Notes under the pieces: model-generated | Databases searched by the model: none | What the model was told of the DNA's origin: nothing | What the model saw: the letters and a program-made list of their open reading frames with translations, nothing else | Position numbers and translations under genes: made by a program | Assembly (NCBI GenBank): GCA_013152275.1 | Contig: JAADGS010000065.1 | Coordinates: forward strand, 1 to 36,290 | Source: Actinomycetota bacterium | Lineage (GTDB): Bacteria > Actinomycetota > Acidimicrobiia > Spongiisociales > UBA4744 | Length of the DNA stretch: 36,290 bases | Reading direction: 5' to 3' | Shown: in pieces, positions 35,615-36,290 of the stretch | Numbering within the stretch: the stretch's first letter is position 1 | Layout of the letters: each line of letters opens with the position of its first letter

Positions 35615-36290
35615 GTGGCCAGGCGCACAAGTGATACTCGACATGAACGGCGGGCAAAGGCCGTGTTGGCAGCGGTCTACGCGACCCTCGGCGTTGGCGT
35701 GCTTGTCGTGCTGATTATACGTGAGTCCTTTCCGCCTATCGGTCTCTGGCTGGCGTTCGCCGCCGCGTTCGCGTTCCTCGACTGGCGCTCGGTCGAGGTC
35801 AACGATCGCATGCTGATGAGCCCCACGATCATGGTGGCGCTGACAGCAGGGGTGGCGTTCGGTCGGGGGAGTGCGGCGCTCGGCGTGGCAACCATGGCCG
35901 TACTCGGGGCGGTCAGTGCACGTGACGTCAAGAAACGACGCATCTTCCAACCGGTCGCCAACTTCGGACAGATGGTGGTTACGGCCGGGGGTTCGCTCTT
36001 GGTGCTAGAGGCGTTTCTCGCGAAGGCGACCATTGGCAGCGCGTCGTATTGGACGTGGATCGCGATCGGGAGCGCTGCCGCCGCAGTGCTCTACGCGTCG
36101 ATCAACTATGTGCTCGTGGCGTTCGCGGTGCGTACCGTGTTTCGCCAGAACCTCAAGGTCTGGTCGCACCTTGGTGAGCTCTTGCCTTCCTATGTCGCGA
36201 TGGGCTTCGTCGGGGGCCTGCTCGGCGCCACGATCACGCGCACCGAGGTCGTGCTCCCACTCGTGTTCGTCGTGTTCATCATCGGCTATC
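35615..36290 (+). CDS. Polytopic membrane sensor-like protein, N-terminal part (truncated by the window end; possibly an HD-GYP/GGDEF/kinase receptor)
   Basis: SD gaggagg then GTG; open for 225 codons to the end: MARRTSDTRHERRAKAVLAAVY...DWRSVEVNDRMLMSPT...VANFGQ...YASINYVLV...; about 7-8 hydrophobic segments. Confidence 0.8.
   Translation, partial: MARRTSDTRHERRAKAVLAAVYATLGVGVLVVLIIRESFPPIGLWLAFAAAFAFLDWRSVEVNDRMLMSPTIMVALTAGVAFGRGSAALGVATMAVLGAVSARDVKKRRIFQPVANFGQMVVTAGGSLLVLEAFLAKATIGSASYWTWIAIGSAAAAVLYASINYVLVAFAVRTVFRQNLKVWSHLGELLPSYVAMGFVGGLLGATITRTEVVLPLVFVVFIIGY

Overview
High-GC, gene-dense chromosomal segment with two short N gaps, so probably a draft or MAG assembly. It is most likely actinobacterial (Acidimicrobiia-like); this is inferred from an F420-type LLM oxidoreductase, many leaderless-type promoters and MprA-like boxes. 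It holds about 34 CDS, mostly housekeeping or accessory. Transport: a Drr-type ABC exporter with a divergent MarR regulator, two different ClC proteins, an APC-USP fusion, TSUP, NCS1 and Kup. Enzymes: two alpha/beta hydrolases, a CREST membrane hydrolase, GH1, HtrA, LysM-M23, an SLT-like muramidase, MaeB, a YbdK-type ligase, RlmN, GGT and a histidine phosphatase. I saw no rRNA, tRNA, CRISPR array or transposase. The best candidate for an undescribed system is at the right edge and is absent from the ORF track. A structured leader precedes a 29-aa peptide gene with its own RBS (35491-35580), followed directly by a polytopic membrane sensor-like gene (35615 to the window end). Divergent from these is a stand-alone LeuA-regulatory-domain-like gene. 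This suggests a peptide-receptor signalling module, but the receptor's output domain lies outside the window. Other non-coding signals are 11-bp-period MprA-like boxes shared by htrA and a secreted helical protein gene, a dispersed ~46-bp intergenic repeat family, a REP-like palindrome cluster, and about 15 leaderless-type promoters. All family calls come from motifs recognised by eye; no searches were run.
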